Assembly (NCBI RefSeq): GCF_009914755.1
Contig: NC_060933.1
Direction: 5' to 3' (one strand)
DNA length: 64,000 nt
From: the human T2T-CHM13v2.0 reference genome, Homo sapiens
Part shown: piece after piece, positions 12,124 through 27,790 of the stretch
Layout: every line of letters starts with the position of its first letter
How positions within the stretch are numbered: the first letter of the stretch is position 1
The notes under the pieces: model-generated
What the model saw: the letters and a program-made list of their open reading frames with translations, nothing else
Told to the model about the DNA's origin: nothing
The model's database searches: none
Program-made: the position numbers and the translations under genes

Positions 12124-13589
12124 GAAATGCACAGAAAATGAAAGAGCCAGGTGCATTTTAACATAGAAAAAAGTTGGCTAAGTATGGGGAGAAATGAGAA
12201 AAAATCAGAGATACGGATTAGAAAGTTAGAGGGCTAGTTACCAATACATTTTTATACTGTGTTAAATGCCTTAAATTTAATGTTGAAGAAATTAGAATCT
12301 ATTACCAATTATATTAGAACATGTTCTAATCTGATTTACATTTTTAAAAAATCAGTGTGGAGTACACTTTACAGAGGGGCAAGAACCAAGACCTTTTATG
12401 AGTCTCCTGCAGTAATCGACATGAGTGATGATGTGCGCCAAAGTTAAATTAAAAGAGTGAGATGGAAAAAGGGAATTAATAATTGTATGAGAAAATAAGA
12501 AACCGAAATTGACACAACCTGGTGGAAGAAAAAAAGAATAAGGAGCTACATATTAATCCCTGTGGAAAAAACTGATGTGTCTTTTAGTCAGAATTCAGAT
12601 TCTATCTGAAATATGACATACTATTTTAATTTTTTAAAAGATTAATTCAATAAAGTGCCTTGATATGTTTTATTTAAATTGGTTCAAGCAATTTTTGCCA
12701 TCATTTTTGGTAGGACATATATAGAATACTATATATTTCACAAGAAACTAAGTTTTTGTTAATATTGGGCCTGATTTTGCCCGTATTTTTCTGTTAGAAG
12801 GAACAAATGAGCAAATATCTACAAGGTTGTTAGTTCAGTGCCTGGCACATCTTGGGTTTTATTATCTTTTATTTGTCTTTATAGTTTTATTGTTTGTATT
12901 TGTGAATTACACTATAATTATACTGGTTTTTAAAGGAACACATGTAGAGGAGAAAACAGCAGTGTATGTTTCACATGTGTTTTGGTTTAGTACATATCTG
13001 AAATCGCTAAATCAAAATTTACAAACAAATTATATATCCAGTCCTTACATTTCACTACTTGATGAAGCTTTAAAAGTTTCCTGATATTTTACTATTGTTG
13101 GGAGTGATGATATTTAGCATATGTTAAATATGAACACATAATTTTTGATCCTTTTTTCTGTATTTCTCTGTATTTATGAATACCTTGGCATAATTATTTT
13201 TAATCATATAACTTTTCTATGTTTAAACTTTCTTAAGGGAATAAATTACACTTAATTAAACTATGTTTTTAGCCTTAAAGCAAAATTCACATGGACCTAT
13301 AAAAGGAAAAATTGTATCAAATCCATACTAGCAATGAAACATCTTGATAGAACAAAGAACATTGATTTGGAATCAGAAAATTCTGTGTTCAATTTCAGGT
13401 ATATATTATCTCAAAATAACCTCTTCTACTGCCCTGTTGATACCTAAAATAAAGTATAATCAACTGACTTCTGTAAACTTTATTCTGAACCTTCATAAAA
13501 CCAAGCTTTGGAGGAAAATCATTATTCATAGTCCTTGGTTGTTGCCTAGTCCTTTCGTTCGTAGTTTTCTTGTTCACAGGTTTGTCAAT

Positions 13590-13735
13590 CCATTTATTTT
13601 TTATTGATTACTCCAATAAACATGTATTATGCATCTGCTCTATGCCTGGATCTGAGTTAAGCATGAACAATACGATCATAATAATAATGCACACATGCAT
13701 GTGTTACCCTGTCCTCAGGAAGCTGACCATTTATT
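13590..13735 (-). mobile_element. L2 3' end
   Basis: caataaacatgtattatgcatctgctctatgcctgg...ccctgtcctcaggaagctgac. Confidence 0.6.
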
Positions 13736-13985
13736 TTAATCCTTCCCAAACTCTCTGTAGTGAAGGAGCTTTAATTTCCAATATATTGATAATATATTTT
13801 CAAAGAATACAATAAAAATATGTTACTAGAAGAATGACCTGGTGAAAAGGCATTCAAAATACAGATGCTGATTTTTATTATCAGATTTTCACAGATATAA
13901 AATCAATGTTAATAACTGTCATCAAGACAGGTATATCACAGGAAAGGGAAATAGAATTATACCAAATTATAAAAATTGTGTTCAT

Positions 13986-14540
13986 AAGTGTTCCTTTTAC
14001 TCTACAACGTCAACCCAGCAATGCCATTACTGGATATATACCCAGAAGAATATAAATCATTCTACAATATAGACACATGCACATGAATGTTCAATGTAGC
14101 ACTATTCACAATAACGAAGACATGGAATCAGCCTAAATGCCTATCAATGACAGACTGGATAAAGAAAATGTGGAACATATACATCAGAGAATACTATGCA
14201 GCCATAAAAAAGAATGAGATTATGTGTTTTGTGGAAATGTGGGTGGAGCGAGAGGCCATTATCTAAGCAAACTAACTCAGGAACAGAAAACCGAATACCG
14301 CATGTTCTCACTGATAAGTGGGAGCTAAATGATGAGAACTTATGGACAGAAAGAAGGGAACAACACACACTGGGGCCTGCTTGAGAGTGGAGGTTGAGAG
14401 GAGGGAGAGGAGCAGAAAAAAATAACTATTGGGTACTAGGCTTAGTACCTGGGTGATGAAATAATCTGTACAACAAACCCTCCTGATTTACTTCTATCAC
14501 AAATCTGTAGGTGTACCCATGAACCTAAAATAAAAGTTAA
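13986..14540 (+). mobile_element. L1PA13-like 3' end with a ~25-bp 5' micro-inversion
   Basis: Perfect 15-bp TSD aaaaattgtgttcat (13971-13985, 14541-14555). 3'UTR ataactattgggtactaggcttagtacctgggtgatgaaataatctgtacaac. Confidence 0.92.
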
Positions 14541-16215
14541 AAAAATTGTGTTCATTGAAGTACATGCATAGACAATTAATACAGAGAATATCACATTAAC
14601 ATCTTATAGTTGCACGCAATTATACCTAATTATAAAATATATGTAGCATACTTTTGCTAAATGTGTTCACAAAAATAGAAAAGGAAATTTTAATGTAATT
14701 TCAGTCCACTAAGGATATTATTTATTTAATAAATTATAGATTCATGGATCTCCCATGAATAGATCTTCATATCGACAATTATCAATGTCGTATCAGATTC
14801 ATTAAGTGGTAAAAACTTCAAGCAGATATTCAATATTAAAATAATCACTTTATTAAAACTTGTTAAAATATAAAATGTAGTAACATTTTTACACTCAGAT
14901 TTTATCTGCTATTGAAAATTATGTGTGCTTTTTCCTGAATGGAAATACTAAGATTATTATAAATATACAAGATACAGAATAAGTAAGCATGTTTAACTAA
15001 CATTACAAAGTTAGATCCAAACTTTTTTTTTAATCTTGCAGAAACACTAAGAGCTTGTTTGGTAGGACAAACATTGATAGCCACCATACTTCAGCATTCA
15101 ATCACATTTGCTTATGATTGATGTCCATATTATCCCATAATTAAGCAAATAATATATGATTTAACAAATTATATATATTTCTATAGCATCAGTAAGCATA
15201 TTGTTTAGATTGGCTAACGATTTTTTCATAGCAAGGCTTTCTTGATGAAGGAAGCAGTCTTAATTTCTATTTGAGCATTAACTCCTTAATTAGAAAAAAA
15301 AAAACCTCTGTAATAACTGTCATTGCAGATATCTAGATTGCAGAATAAAATCCTACATAAAACATACAACTCCAAGCCAAATATTTGTGCATGTAATTCT
15401 CCATATTTTTATAGACTTCAAGCTTTTTTGTTGTCGAAAAAACTAAATTTTTTTTCTTTATATCATTAGACTTCAAATGACACATTTCAAAAAAACCAAA
15501 AGGTAATTTTCAACATCTATGCATTCATCAAGTTGCAATGAAAAACACTTTGCAAACTATATTCTATGAGTTTTTTTGTCCCAATAATTAGCTGATTTCT
15601 AAATACATTATTCTCTGATGTCTTAGAAAAGTAATATTAGATATATCTCTTTGTCATAGGCTTATCCAATATTTTGATGCAAAATATTCAATGTAGCTTT
15701 TTCTTAATCTATACACAATTACACATTTTTTACGGTTTAAACAACTCAAGTCCTACTTTATAAGAAGTCCTCACAACATTAATGATATATCCAAAATAGT
15801 GAGCTTCCATCTTGCGTTTGTTGGGTTTTAAATATAATGCTTTGTTACAAACAATTTTGGGGATTTAAATTTTTAAAAATATTTTATGCAAGTGTTGGTT
15901 TATGCTTTTATAGTTTCATTGCTTTAATCTATACTACATCTGTACAAAAAAAGGTCGATGATTTTCACTTTTCATACTTCACCATCAATTATAAAATCAC
16001 TGCCAGTATATGAGGGATTGTACTTCTATAAACAAACACAAGGTATGTAGTAGTCAATAATTCAAAATCAATTCCATTATAATTGTGTTGTTATTGCTGC
16101 CACAGTCAGAAAAAAGTAGTTTCCCTCGGCCAGAAAAAGGAATAAATTAAGGGTCAAATAAGTATATAAATTATATACATTTAACTTCCCTAATTTAATT
16201 AATGTTAAACTATAA

Positions 16216-17990
<1,775 letters not shown>

Positions 17991-19114
17991 TATAAATGTT
18001 TTTAAATTAAAGAAAAGTGAAGAAAATATGCAAAAGATGCTTGCATATTCTCAGCTGTTTATGGATTATAAATAACTAATTAACCTTAAAGTATCACAGT
18101 TTGGAATATGATATCACTGTGCATTTCTAAGCAGGTCAATTGACATGCAATTTATCACAGGTTTAACAACAAACTTATCTATACTCAATCCAATGAAAGA
18201 AGCTCCCTACATATTTGTTCGAATGTTATGAAACAAAAATGTGCTATAAAAATTCCTAAATGCTTACTTTCACTTTTGGTAATTGTTTCATTTCCGACTG
18301 GTAACCAATAGTTCCGGGACCATCACCAGTCTATGAACCATACTTCGAGAAGAACTGGCCTAGCACTCATAAGAAATGCATAGATTTTGGATGTTTCATG
18401 AAAGAGAAATATAAGAGACTGTGAGGATTTATAGAAGAATTTTAATCTAGCTTTTGGAATTCATCGGGATTGGGATTCCCCTTCTGATTCTTAGAGAGGA
18501 ATTAATATTTACCATTATTTGAAAATAACAGTTACTGGTTAGGTAAAGAAAGCTCAGAGAAACTTGTTTTCCTTGTTCCCTTCCTACAACAATTATGTTG
18601 TTCTTAGATAGGAACTCTCAAAAAAGATTAAAATGTCATTCTTATGGGGGCAGGGCACAGTTTAGAGCAAAACCCTTTGGGTTTCTAGTGGAAGTTCACA
18701 GATACTGTTTCTGGATATTATAGAAGGCTCCAGAATAAAAATCCCAAACACAGCGATTCAGTGGCCATGAAATGGATTAAGAGGGTTCAGCAATATTTGC
18801 AGGGAGACAAAGTCCCTCTACAGTTGTTCAGCAATCACCTTTCTATCTCAGCTGTCTCTGGGTCAAGGCTCCTCCTTGTTCTTAGAGTTGAGGCAGAGTA
18901 ACATGCTGCATCTTTTAGGGCTGTGGTGAGAACTTTAGGAGATACAGGCTTTAATAGGGCAGAAAATCTGAAGCAAATGCCTTCAAATCAGGTATACAAT
19001 TATTGAGGTCACAATATGTGTGGGTCCTGGGTTAAGTAGAAACTCAAGTTGTGTTTGTATCCACTAGAGTTAGGAGAAAAAACTGTTTCAACAGATTGTT
19101 CCCCATTATTATAA

Positions 19115-19660
19115 AAATATGGTAAAATAATGTTGACAGATATCAAAAAGTGGAAGAAAATAACCCATAAGATCCCAATCTTAAAATAATTACCATTGTC
19201 ACTTTACTGTATATTTTTAGACTTTCCTACAAACATTTTAACATTATTCAAGTCATATCTACTTTATATACATTTTTATATATACACACATATATATACA
19301 TTTATATATATATAATCCTTTCATTGGACTGAGTATAGATATGTTGTTATTGTTAAACATCTGTTGAATTGCATGTCAATTAAGCTGCTTAGAAATGCAT
19401 AGCAATATCATATTCCAAACTATGACATTTTAAGTTTAATTTGTAATTTATAACCTACATATGTATATGAAAACACATTTTAAATACTATTATCTGTTAA
19501 CACAAATGTTTCATGAACATTTTCTCTCACATTGATATACCATTTTAAGAATATTATTTACTTTTTATATGAAAATGCTTTCCATTTTTTTGATACTGTA
19601 AGACATTACTTGGCAACTTTGCTCATTGTCTTGATTACAAATTGTGTTATTCCAAACAGC
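19115..19660 (-). mobile_element. Highly degenerate L1ME/L1MC-like 3' fragment
   Basis: aaaataacccataagatcccaatc...taccattgtcactttactgtatattt pattern. Confidence 0.45.
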
Positions 19661-19779
19661 ATAAAACTATTCCTTTTAGATTATTTTCTAATTTAGGATT
19701 CTGCCCTTGGGCTCAGCTCTTCTCTACATTCTACTTACTTGAGTTATGTACTCATGTGTTAAAATATGTTGTTGAGGTG

Positions 19780-19962
19780 ATAGGAGAGAAAAAGCAGGCA
19801 TACAGAAAGAGAAACTCCCTTCTCCCTTCCTCCGGGTTTCTAATCTTTCTCTAATACTTTTTGCTAGCAGAACATGACAAGAAACCGCAAGGAATGTAGT
19901 TTATGGAATTTAGCCTCAGCATCATAAGCATAGTACTGCAGAAGAGTAGATTTGTGTCTGAA
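19780..19962 (-). mobile_element. LTR33-like (ERVL) fragment
   Basis: ggaatgtagtttatggaatttagcctcagcatcataagcatagtactgcagaagagtagatttgtgtctga. Confidence 0.6.
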
Positions 19963-20121
19963 ACATTTTCTTACTGGGATAAGTAGTGAAGTTAAGAATC
20001 TTTTTCCATCTGCATTAGATATTTGCACTTCTCAAGTGAATTGTCTGTCTAATGAATGCCTACTTTACTGTTATCTTTTTCTTATTAGTATACGAAAAAG
20101 ACACTATAAAAATTTCAGCCT

Positions 20122-20262
20122 GGGTGTGTGCATGCATGTGTTTATGTTTGTGTGTGTGTGTGTGTGTGTGTATGCTTATGTATGAATAAATGTATATATG
20201 TATGTATGTATATATCTGCCTATATATCTAAACACCTATATAGAGATATATAGATATAGAGA
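20122..20262. repeat. (TG)n/(TA)n compound microsatellite
   Basis: Seen directly in the sequence. Confidence 0.9.
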
Positions 20263-20264
20263 GT

Positions 20265-20760
20265 TCTTCATTTGGATTCTAAGATTCCACACTTACATTG
20301 TATTTCTCTTATTCCTATGGCTTTACTTTCTGGGTTGCACATTCTGTTTCCTTCTCACACCACACTGTCATCTAAATGTTAGAGTAATTCAAAATTCAGT
20401 ACTTGAAATTTCGTTCCTATTTTAAATCACGAATTAGTGATCCTATTTCAGTTTCATGGCTTTAAGAACATCTCTATGATAATGTCTCCCAAATATCTAT
20501 TTCCAGCCTGAACATCTTTCTTAAATTTCATAACCATATATCCAACTGCCTACTTGACACTTCCATTTGATATCTAAAAACATCTGATATTTAGATTATT
20601 CAAAACTGGGATCTCCCAAAAGAAAAATAACCAGTCCTTCTTTAGTCTTCCCCATTTCAGTTAATTGCAACTCCAGATTTCCAGCTTTGAAACCAAAAAC
20701 TGGGTAATACTTCTTGACTCTCCTCTTTCTCTCCCATCTTGTATTAAGTCTAAGTGCAAC
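20265..20760 (+). mobile_element. L2a fragment
   Basis: catggctttaag, ctcccaaatatctatttccagcctgaac, atatccaactgcctacttgacacttccatt. Confidence 0.85.
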
Positions 20761-21759
20761 TGTTGATATTACACCATTGAATGCTCCCATCGAAAATCAT
20801 GACAAAGTTCTCCAGTTTGAAAAACAAATATTCTAATCTATTGAATTATACTCAGAATCTTAATATTCTTGAGTTATTGAGTAAATTTTGCTTGATAATG
20901 ATTTATTAATTATTAGCATGCCTTCAGATATATTTTAATTGCATTTTCCTTGTAACTGTGCATCTATTGAATTCTATCTGTAGTTTTATTTCTTTTTTCC
21001 TCACCCAGGACCGGAATCAGCATTATACGCACCTCAAAAAATAAGTTGAATGACTTTCTACCTTTTTTCATGTTCTATAGATTACAGAGAATACAAATTG
21101 TTTTAATACATTTGTTGTGTGCTTTTCTATAAAACTTCCCATGTTGCCATTTCTAATGAGATTTTCACTGTGGAATTGATTAAAACTTATATAAGAAATA
21201 CGGAAAGATATATGTTGAGAGTTATCCTAGACAGGAGAAGGAAAGCTCATAGTTATTGGAGATACTTTGACTCAAACTCTACGTTAAGATAGCTATCTAA
21301 GTAAATTGTATTCTATTTTGAATCCAATCTATATTCCTTTGTCTTTTTAAACAACCAATGTGCTTATATAGATCTAACTCAAATACTTTCCAAATATAGC
21401 ATAACAAACAATTTTTGTTGTGTAATTTTGATCCAAAGCGTTAATATTTGACAGTGATATGACAATGTGAATAATCTATTTCCAACAGACATTTATTCAG
21501 CAATAAGGTAGAGATTTTGCTGTTCTAGACACTGTGATAATTAGCAACAATAATGTATACTTCCTATACTCATAAAGCCCCATCATCTGGAATAAATAAA
21601 AAAACAACTATTAAAGTACTATATGAAAATATCCTGAAAGAAGTATACACAAGTTCCTGCAGCACCCAGAATAGAGCCATGAATAAAATTAAGAAACATG
21701 GACAAAAACACCTTACTATGATTTTAGGTTCTCTGGAAGAATAAGGAAATAGAGATTAG

Positions 21760-22300
21760 TGGGTTTCCCACCTCAACCCAAGTAAAAAACAAAATCCTTC
21801 CAAGACTTGTATCAGCCTCCTGTGATCTGGGCCCCCACTTACTGCTGTCAGCATCACCCTACCATTCTCTCTCTCCTCTTTCTCTCCTCCTCTCCATCTC
21901 TCATCTCTGGACAGACTGCCATTTTGTTATTCCTGGAATTCACTATGCATTCTCCATTTCAGGGACATTGCACTTGCTGTTCTCCCTGTCTGGAACTCTA
22001 TTCTGCCAGTTTTTCATATTGCTCATGTCCTGACACCTTCTAAGTATTTGATCACATATCACCTTCCCAGGGATATTTTTTTCCTGTTTAAAATATTCAT
22101 TTGTAATCTCTCACATCAGGAATTCTTATATTTCTTGTCCATTTGCATTTTCCTTTTAACATCTATTGATTTCTAATACACTTGCAGTATGCTTTATTTA
22201 CCTTTTTTATTGTCTTCCTGTGGTAATGTAAGCCCTATGGGGGCATGAATTTGATTGTTTTACTCCCTTATAAGATATATGTGAGTAGATGAATAAATGT
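21760..22300 (+). mobile_element. L2a 3' region
   Basis: ctgtgatctgggccccc, cagggacattgcacttgctgttctccctgtctggaactc, ending gatgaataaatg. Confidence 0.8.
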
Positions 22301-22309
22301 ACATGTTCC

Positions 22310-24270
22310 CTCCTGCTTGACCCACCTGCAGTTTCTGTTCTTTATCTGAAGACACTACCTTTTAAGGACAAAAGATTTTGCCATAGAAATTACAAAATGT
22401 CATGTCCTTCAGCCCCGCTTTTTAGCAGGATGAGCTCTGTGAGGTTCAGGGTTGTACATCCACACGCCTTCCCTTTATGTTTACCTTTCATGTTAAATCA
22501 GGCTACCTTGATTCAGTTTCCTCACTTGCCTTTGCACACTGTGTTCTAATATCCTTCTTTCTTGGGTCTTTGTCTTTATTTTAACTAATGAGTCACAGGT
22601 TGGAAAACAGTCTCAGGTCCAGAAACCGGCCAAATCATGGCATTAAGTGAAGGAAACTAGCCTCAGCCTCCTGATCATACACCTCGACTTTGTCAGAGTG
22701 AACACATTGAGCAACATTCTTCTTGGTTGTTTTGCATGGAGGCAATCTGTTTGAACTCTCTGGAATACACAATTGATTAACTACCTGGATAATTATCTGA
22801 AAATAAGACTTCCTTGGCTGTCACTTCAAACTTATTATTCATTATAATAATTGTGCCCATGTGGCTTCAGACAATTAATTATTTCATGCCTCTTTTATTG
22901 ATTTGGATCGTAAATTATCCACTCCTCTGAGTGAGTCTAGTTCTCTAACAGCATCCCCTACCATCATTTCCTGTGTTACATAGGAGGACCACCTCATGAT
23001 TTCTTACCGAACAACGTGCCCCTCTCACAAGCACAATTTTTACAGCAAATGTTGTATCTTCCATATAGTTCTGAGAAATATAGTTATCTAGTAGGTTTCA
23101 TAGCCTTAAGTAGTATATCCAAATGAACATGCCACCCCTTCGAGACTTTAGTCTACTTTTTTCTAGCTTCCATGATCTGACATATCTAATACATTTGTGT
23201 AGGCCATCACTTGTTCTATGCAACTAGGAATTATCGCTGTACTGCAGTGTGTTCACACCATCTCTTGGGGTTTTAGCAGGATGTTAAATTCTGTGTTACA
23301 GGAGAATGTTCCTATATTGATAAGTCTCTTTTATTGAACTATATATTTTGCCCCTGCTTGGTCCTAAATCCTCAGAATTTGGATTCATGTACACATCTGC
23401 TGATATATGTTGGCAGGACTACATTCCAAAGGACCTAAGCCCTTCAGTTCCTTTGGAATATAATCCATTTCTTACACTAATAGTTCCATCTCATGCCCAT
23501 CTGGATTATATAGTTTCTTAATCGCAGTAATTGAGCCAGTGGCCAGGAAAGAAGATGGGGACATATTTGGAGAGGGACAACATGCATTATTGCAGAGAAA
23601 AGGTCTCTTCGTTTTCTCCAAGCATTGGGAGAGTACTCAACCTTAACAGGGAAAATTAGGCTACTTCTACATGCTCAGGGGGCTTAACTAAATTTGGTGA
23701 TTTTAAATTTCCAAGTGAATAAGTCCAAATGTCTCTAAATCCAGTGTCAGATCCCATTCTTATGAACCAGGAAGAAATGTACCTGACTTTTGGATGGCGG
23801 ATCTGCCTTTCTTGATATTAAGTTGTTCTTTAGAGCCCAGTTACTCTTACAAGTAAGTTTAAGGTGTGGTTTTCATCGTGCTCTACTGCTAAAGGAGATT
23901 TGAGCCTATCAATAGACTACTAAGGAGGCCCTCTGGCTTACATATTTAGTATTTAATTGCAGATTAATAGTTATTGCTCAAAGCATTAATTAGCAATACA
24001 AACTGTATTTCATTGTCCTCATAGTTACAGTTTCCTCCAGATTAATAGAGTACCTGATACATCACACCATTTAATTTATTCTCTTTGACATTATCCGATC
24101 ATAGTTGTGTACTGTGAACATTTTACAATTGTAATTTTACCTTTTTTCAGGGACTTTCTGTTCTCCATCTGTAACTTGGGATGTGGTCATAATTACCAGC
24201 CAGGTAGTGGGTTACCAAGCTCAAAATCCCTTCTTAGGATCTGCTTCATCAAATTACTCTTGGCATCAAC
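22310..24270 (-). mobile_element. ERVL-class internal sequence (HERV16/ERV3-16A3-like) with a degenerate gag-like region
   Basis: The minus strand at ~23110-23480 reads as frameshifted ERVL gag-like motifs (YIPKEL; ILRI/DQAG; FNIL; WPT; GM..WIYY-type end). It abuts LTR16 through a PBS-like gttgatgccaagagt. The left boundary is approximate. Confidence 0.7.
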
Positions 24271-24711
24271 TGTTGAATTTGAGTTCTCTGGAAAGCAGAC
24301 TCTGAGGCTGAAATGAGAATGCAGGATATTATTAGCAGACGCTTTAAGGACCAATACCTGTTTAAATAAAATGAACAAAAGTACTATTGAGAAGGGAGGA
24401 GTTAAGCTTTGATTTAATTCTAAACAAGTCAGAAACTGACTTGTGAGGATTTCTCAAGCTAGAATAGACCTTTAAAATTTTCTCCAGGTGGAGATAGGGT
24501 GGTAGGGCTACATAGTGGTAGGGCTATATAACCTTACTTGCTCAGTCACTGGTTGTAGGCTGACCCTGGAAAGAAGGGTAGATTTGAATAAGACTGTTTT
24601 CATCAGCCAAGACCATCCCTAAATGGTCTTCTAGCAATAGTTTCAGCAGCTGAAGGAAAACTCTTTATTCCTGAAGGGGTGCCAGGTCAGTACACCATAA
24701 TGTCAACCATG
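24271..24711 (-). mobile_element. LTR16A/C-like LTR (5' LTR of the adjacent provirus relic)
   Basis: gagttctctggaaagcagactctgaggc, cagtcactggttgtaggctgaccctgg, cctgaaggggtgccaggtcagtacaccataatgtc. Contains a 16-bp tandem duplication at 24499-24530. Confidence 0.8.
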
Positions 24712-25889
24712 GGTTCTAGCAAACTCATCTCACTTTACACACAATGGTTGTCTATCATATGGAAGTAGATTTTGAACTCTAACATTCTTTTGCTAACTGC
24801 TCCCCTTGAAAATGTGTTTGTCTATATTTTCCACTTACTACATTTTATTGAACAAATTTAGTAGATGTCTGTCTCTTTATTTAAACTCTAAATAACTTTA
24901 AAGCAAGGGCTGTTTTATTACTCAATGTTTTTCCTGTGCAAAGGATATCATACCCTGACAGCCTTACCTCACTGAGACAGAAAATTATAAGAAGTATTAT
25001 TTTTTATAAACATAACATTTCCCTCATTTGATTTTATTAATTAATTTAGTAAATGCTAATACATTTCTACTGTCTTTCTGGTGTTATGCTCAGTAGCTGA
25101 GGGATGAGAAGTTAATCAAATAGTTAATATCCTTTCCTTAATGAACTATGTATCTATTTATTTGTGTGAAATATGTGTATGTACATATATATATATATAC
25201 ATACACTTTGTACAAGATTCATATCTGCCCTTTAAATATTCTAATGCTTCTGTAAATATCTTTAAATCCAGAATATCCTATAAAAATTTAACCCTTTGCA
25301 AGGATTGTACTAGAGCTCATTCTTCTGCAAATTCATGCACTATGCTAAAAGCTAGCTAAGCATTCATATAAAAGAAAACTATGAGATAATTGCCACTGAA
25401 AATTTAAGCAAAAGTTATCACAACAAGATAAAAATAGCAATTCAGAGATACCCTTCTGATATGACATTAAAGTGTAATAATATCAGGGTATTACAGGAGG
25501 TCTGCTCCGAGTGAAAATCAATGAATTGAATTTGCAAGGCAGAAGGACTGTTATATTGAATTTAGGCTAAATAATAGTCAGAATCAGAAATTCTGTTTTT
25601 GTGTGTTTCCATTTATGACAATAAAACTTATAATATTTTTGTTTTATACTCTCATCCGTGTTTTGTCCTTTAAACAATCACCCCTATAATTCTCTATCAC
25701 CCATCACTTTTGTTGTGATTTTTGAGCACTTGTTTCATTGCAAACATAGTACATACCATCCATGATGTATGCAAACTATGACCCTACTCCCTAGCCTTTC
25801 AATACATAATTTCCCTCTAAGGATACTGTTTCCATAGTCTGCTCTCATACTGGCTTTTTTGTAAACTCATGTATTTTTCCCTTTGTATT

Positions 25890-26132
25890 ATTTTACTTTT
25901 TTAAAAAATCAAATTACTCATTTTTCTGCCATTGAATTATATGAGTTCTTTATAAATTTTGGATATGAACTCCTCATCAGATATATGACTTGCAAGTAAT
26001 TTTTCCACTTCATAGGTTGCCTTTTCATTTTGATTGTTTCCTTTGCTGTTCAGAAGCTTTCTAGTTCAATGTAATCCCATTTATTTAGTTTTCTTTTTTC
26101 TAGCTTGAGGTTTTGGTGTGTTATTCCAGAAT
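25890..26132 (-). mobile_element. L1M(B) ORF2 fragment
   Basis: ttggatatgaactcctcatcagatatatgacttgcaag...ttcctttgctgttcagaagcttt. Confidence 0.8.
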
Positions 26133-26859
26133 AAAATTGACTACTTAACCTTTATTTTCTTTTATTATCCAGTGTGAGTTTAATGTTCATGTGGAAACTA
26201 TATCCAATTCTTCATTTAATCTCTTTTTCTTTGCAAATGCCTTAATTGTTCATTTACTGTGGCAAAAAGTCTTGTCATCAAGTAGAACTATTCACTTTTT
26301 TTTTTTTTTTTAACGTAGGCTAGATGCTAAATGATGTAAGGGCATTTCACACCTGACACTACAGCACTGGAAGAAACCAAATGCCCCTTCACTTCCACAA
26401 TCATAGTCCGGTCTTTGTTTCATGCAAAAACTGCTTTAGTGTTTTAAGTGGTTATCTAATCCTTTGGCTCTGCCTTTGAATTCAACTTCTTAGGGATTAT
26501 GAGGGTTTCATTTTGTTTGGTTTTATTTGCCTGCAATACCAAATTAATCACACTACTGTATTTTATGAATTTCTGGTTATAAACACCAGAGTAAAGACAA
26601 TTTTAGTTTATTATCCTACACTAAAACTCCCTAAAAGTAACAAAGTGTTATAAGTAACAAAATTTTAAGTTATTTAATTCCAAAAAATGCAAATCAGCAA
26701 AATATTCATGAAGATCAAAACTACAGCATACATTGTTTTTGCCTTTTTCTATAATAGCAAACAGTCCTATTTAGCCAAAATTATGTTCTCCTGTCATATC
26801 TCAGTTACTACCAGTTGAATGAAGTTCGATGAGTTACTTTTGAATATTTTCAAGACAGA

Positions 26860-26945
26860 ACTCTGTTTTAGTCTTCATCTGTAAAATGTCAATGCTTTGG
26901 ACAAGAAGATCTGAGGTCTGTTTCAGTGCTAATACATTAGTTTCG
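26860..26945 (+). mobile_element. MIR3/MIRc fragment
   Basis: cttcatctgtaaaatg...tggacaagaagatctgaggtc. Confidence 0.6.
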
Positions 26946-27654
26946 TTTTCTGCCTTGAGTCTTAGTAGAAAGGAATAAGCATAGAGAGAGAGGAAAAGAT
27001 TGGAACAGAAAAGAATGAGAACAATGGATGTAGACTGAAGCAGGCACACAGATCTTATTGAAGTGAGAACAAAAATAATAGCAAATGACAGAAACAGAAA
27101 TATGACCTTCAGCTGTGGTTGATATTATCTGTAAACTTCCTTTTTTAATTCAAAACAAACTTCTCATCATACCAATGGGAAGGTCATAGTTAGGATTCTG
27201 GGAATATATTAAGAGAAGAGAGGTGAGTGAAGGAGATGGAGGCAAAAAGGATGAACTAACCTACTAACACATTGCACAAAAACTAAAGCCAACATTGCAC
27301 ATAAGAGATCTTTGCAGAATTTATTAAGTTTAATCCTTAAAGCTCAATAAACCTCATAGTTTTTAAGCCCTTTCCCTCAAATTCAATTCTTTCTCCAATA
27401 CCCCATTCTTCAACCAGCACCTCTATCTTTCTTATTGCTGTTTCTCAGGAGGTCTAACTTGCTCTTCTGACATGTTTTCTCTCTATCCTTGCAAGCATTT
27501 TCCCTTAGAAAAGAGACAAAAGATGCACCTCGTCTTTGAAGCATCCAGTTTGGGGTTATTGATTTCATTTCCTGCTGCTTGTCTCTGCTTAGCCAGCACC
27601 AAACTTTCACATGTGAAAACAGATTGAAATGAACAAACAAAAAGGGAATTTTAA

Positions 27655-27790
27655 AGAATCACAAGGAACAGAAAGTTAGACCTGAAAAGGCTTTTTATAA
27701 ATCTGCTAGTTCAAGTCCATCCTTTTACAGATGGATGTGCTGAGGCGAGATGGGAGAAGGAACTTGCTGAGGGTCAAACCTGTTGTGCAG
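27655..27790 (-). mobile_element. MIR3-like fragment
   Basis: ctagttcaagtccatccttttacagatggatgtgctgaggc. Confidence 0.65.

Larger units (their letters stand above)
10650..12560 (-). mobile_element. L2 relic interrupted by an Alu and an L1PA5
   Basis: tcattcaactctcaagcacctcgtatgtgcctgg at the start. GA-rich L2-like sequence resumes after each insert. Confidence 0.55.
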
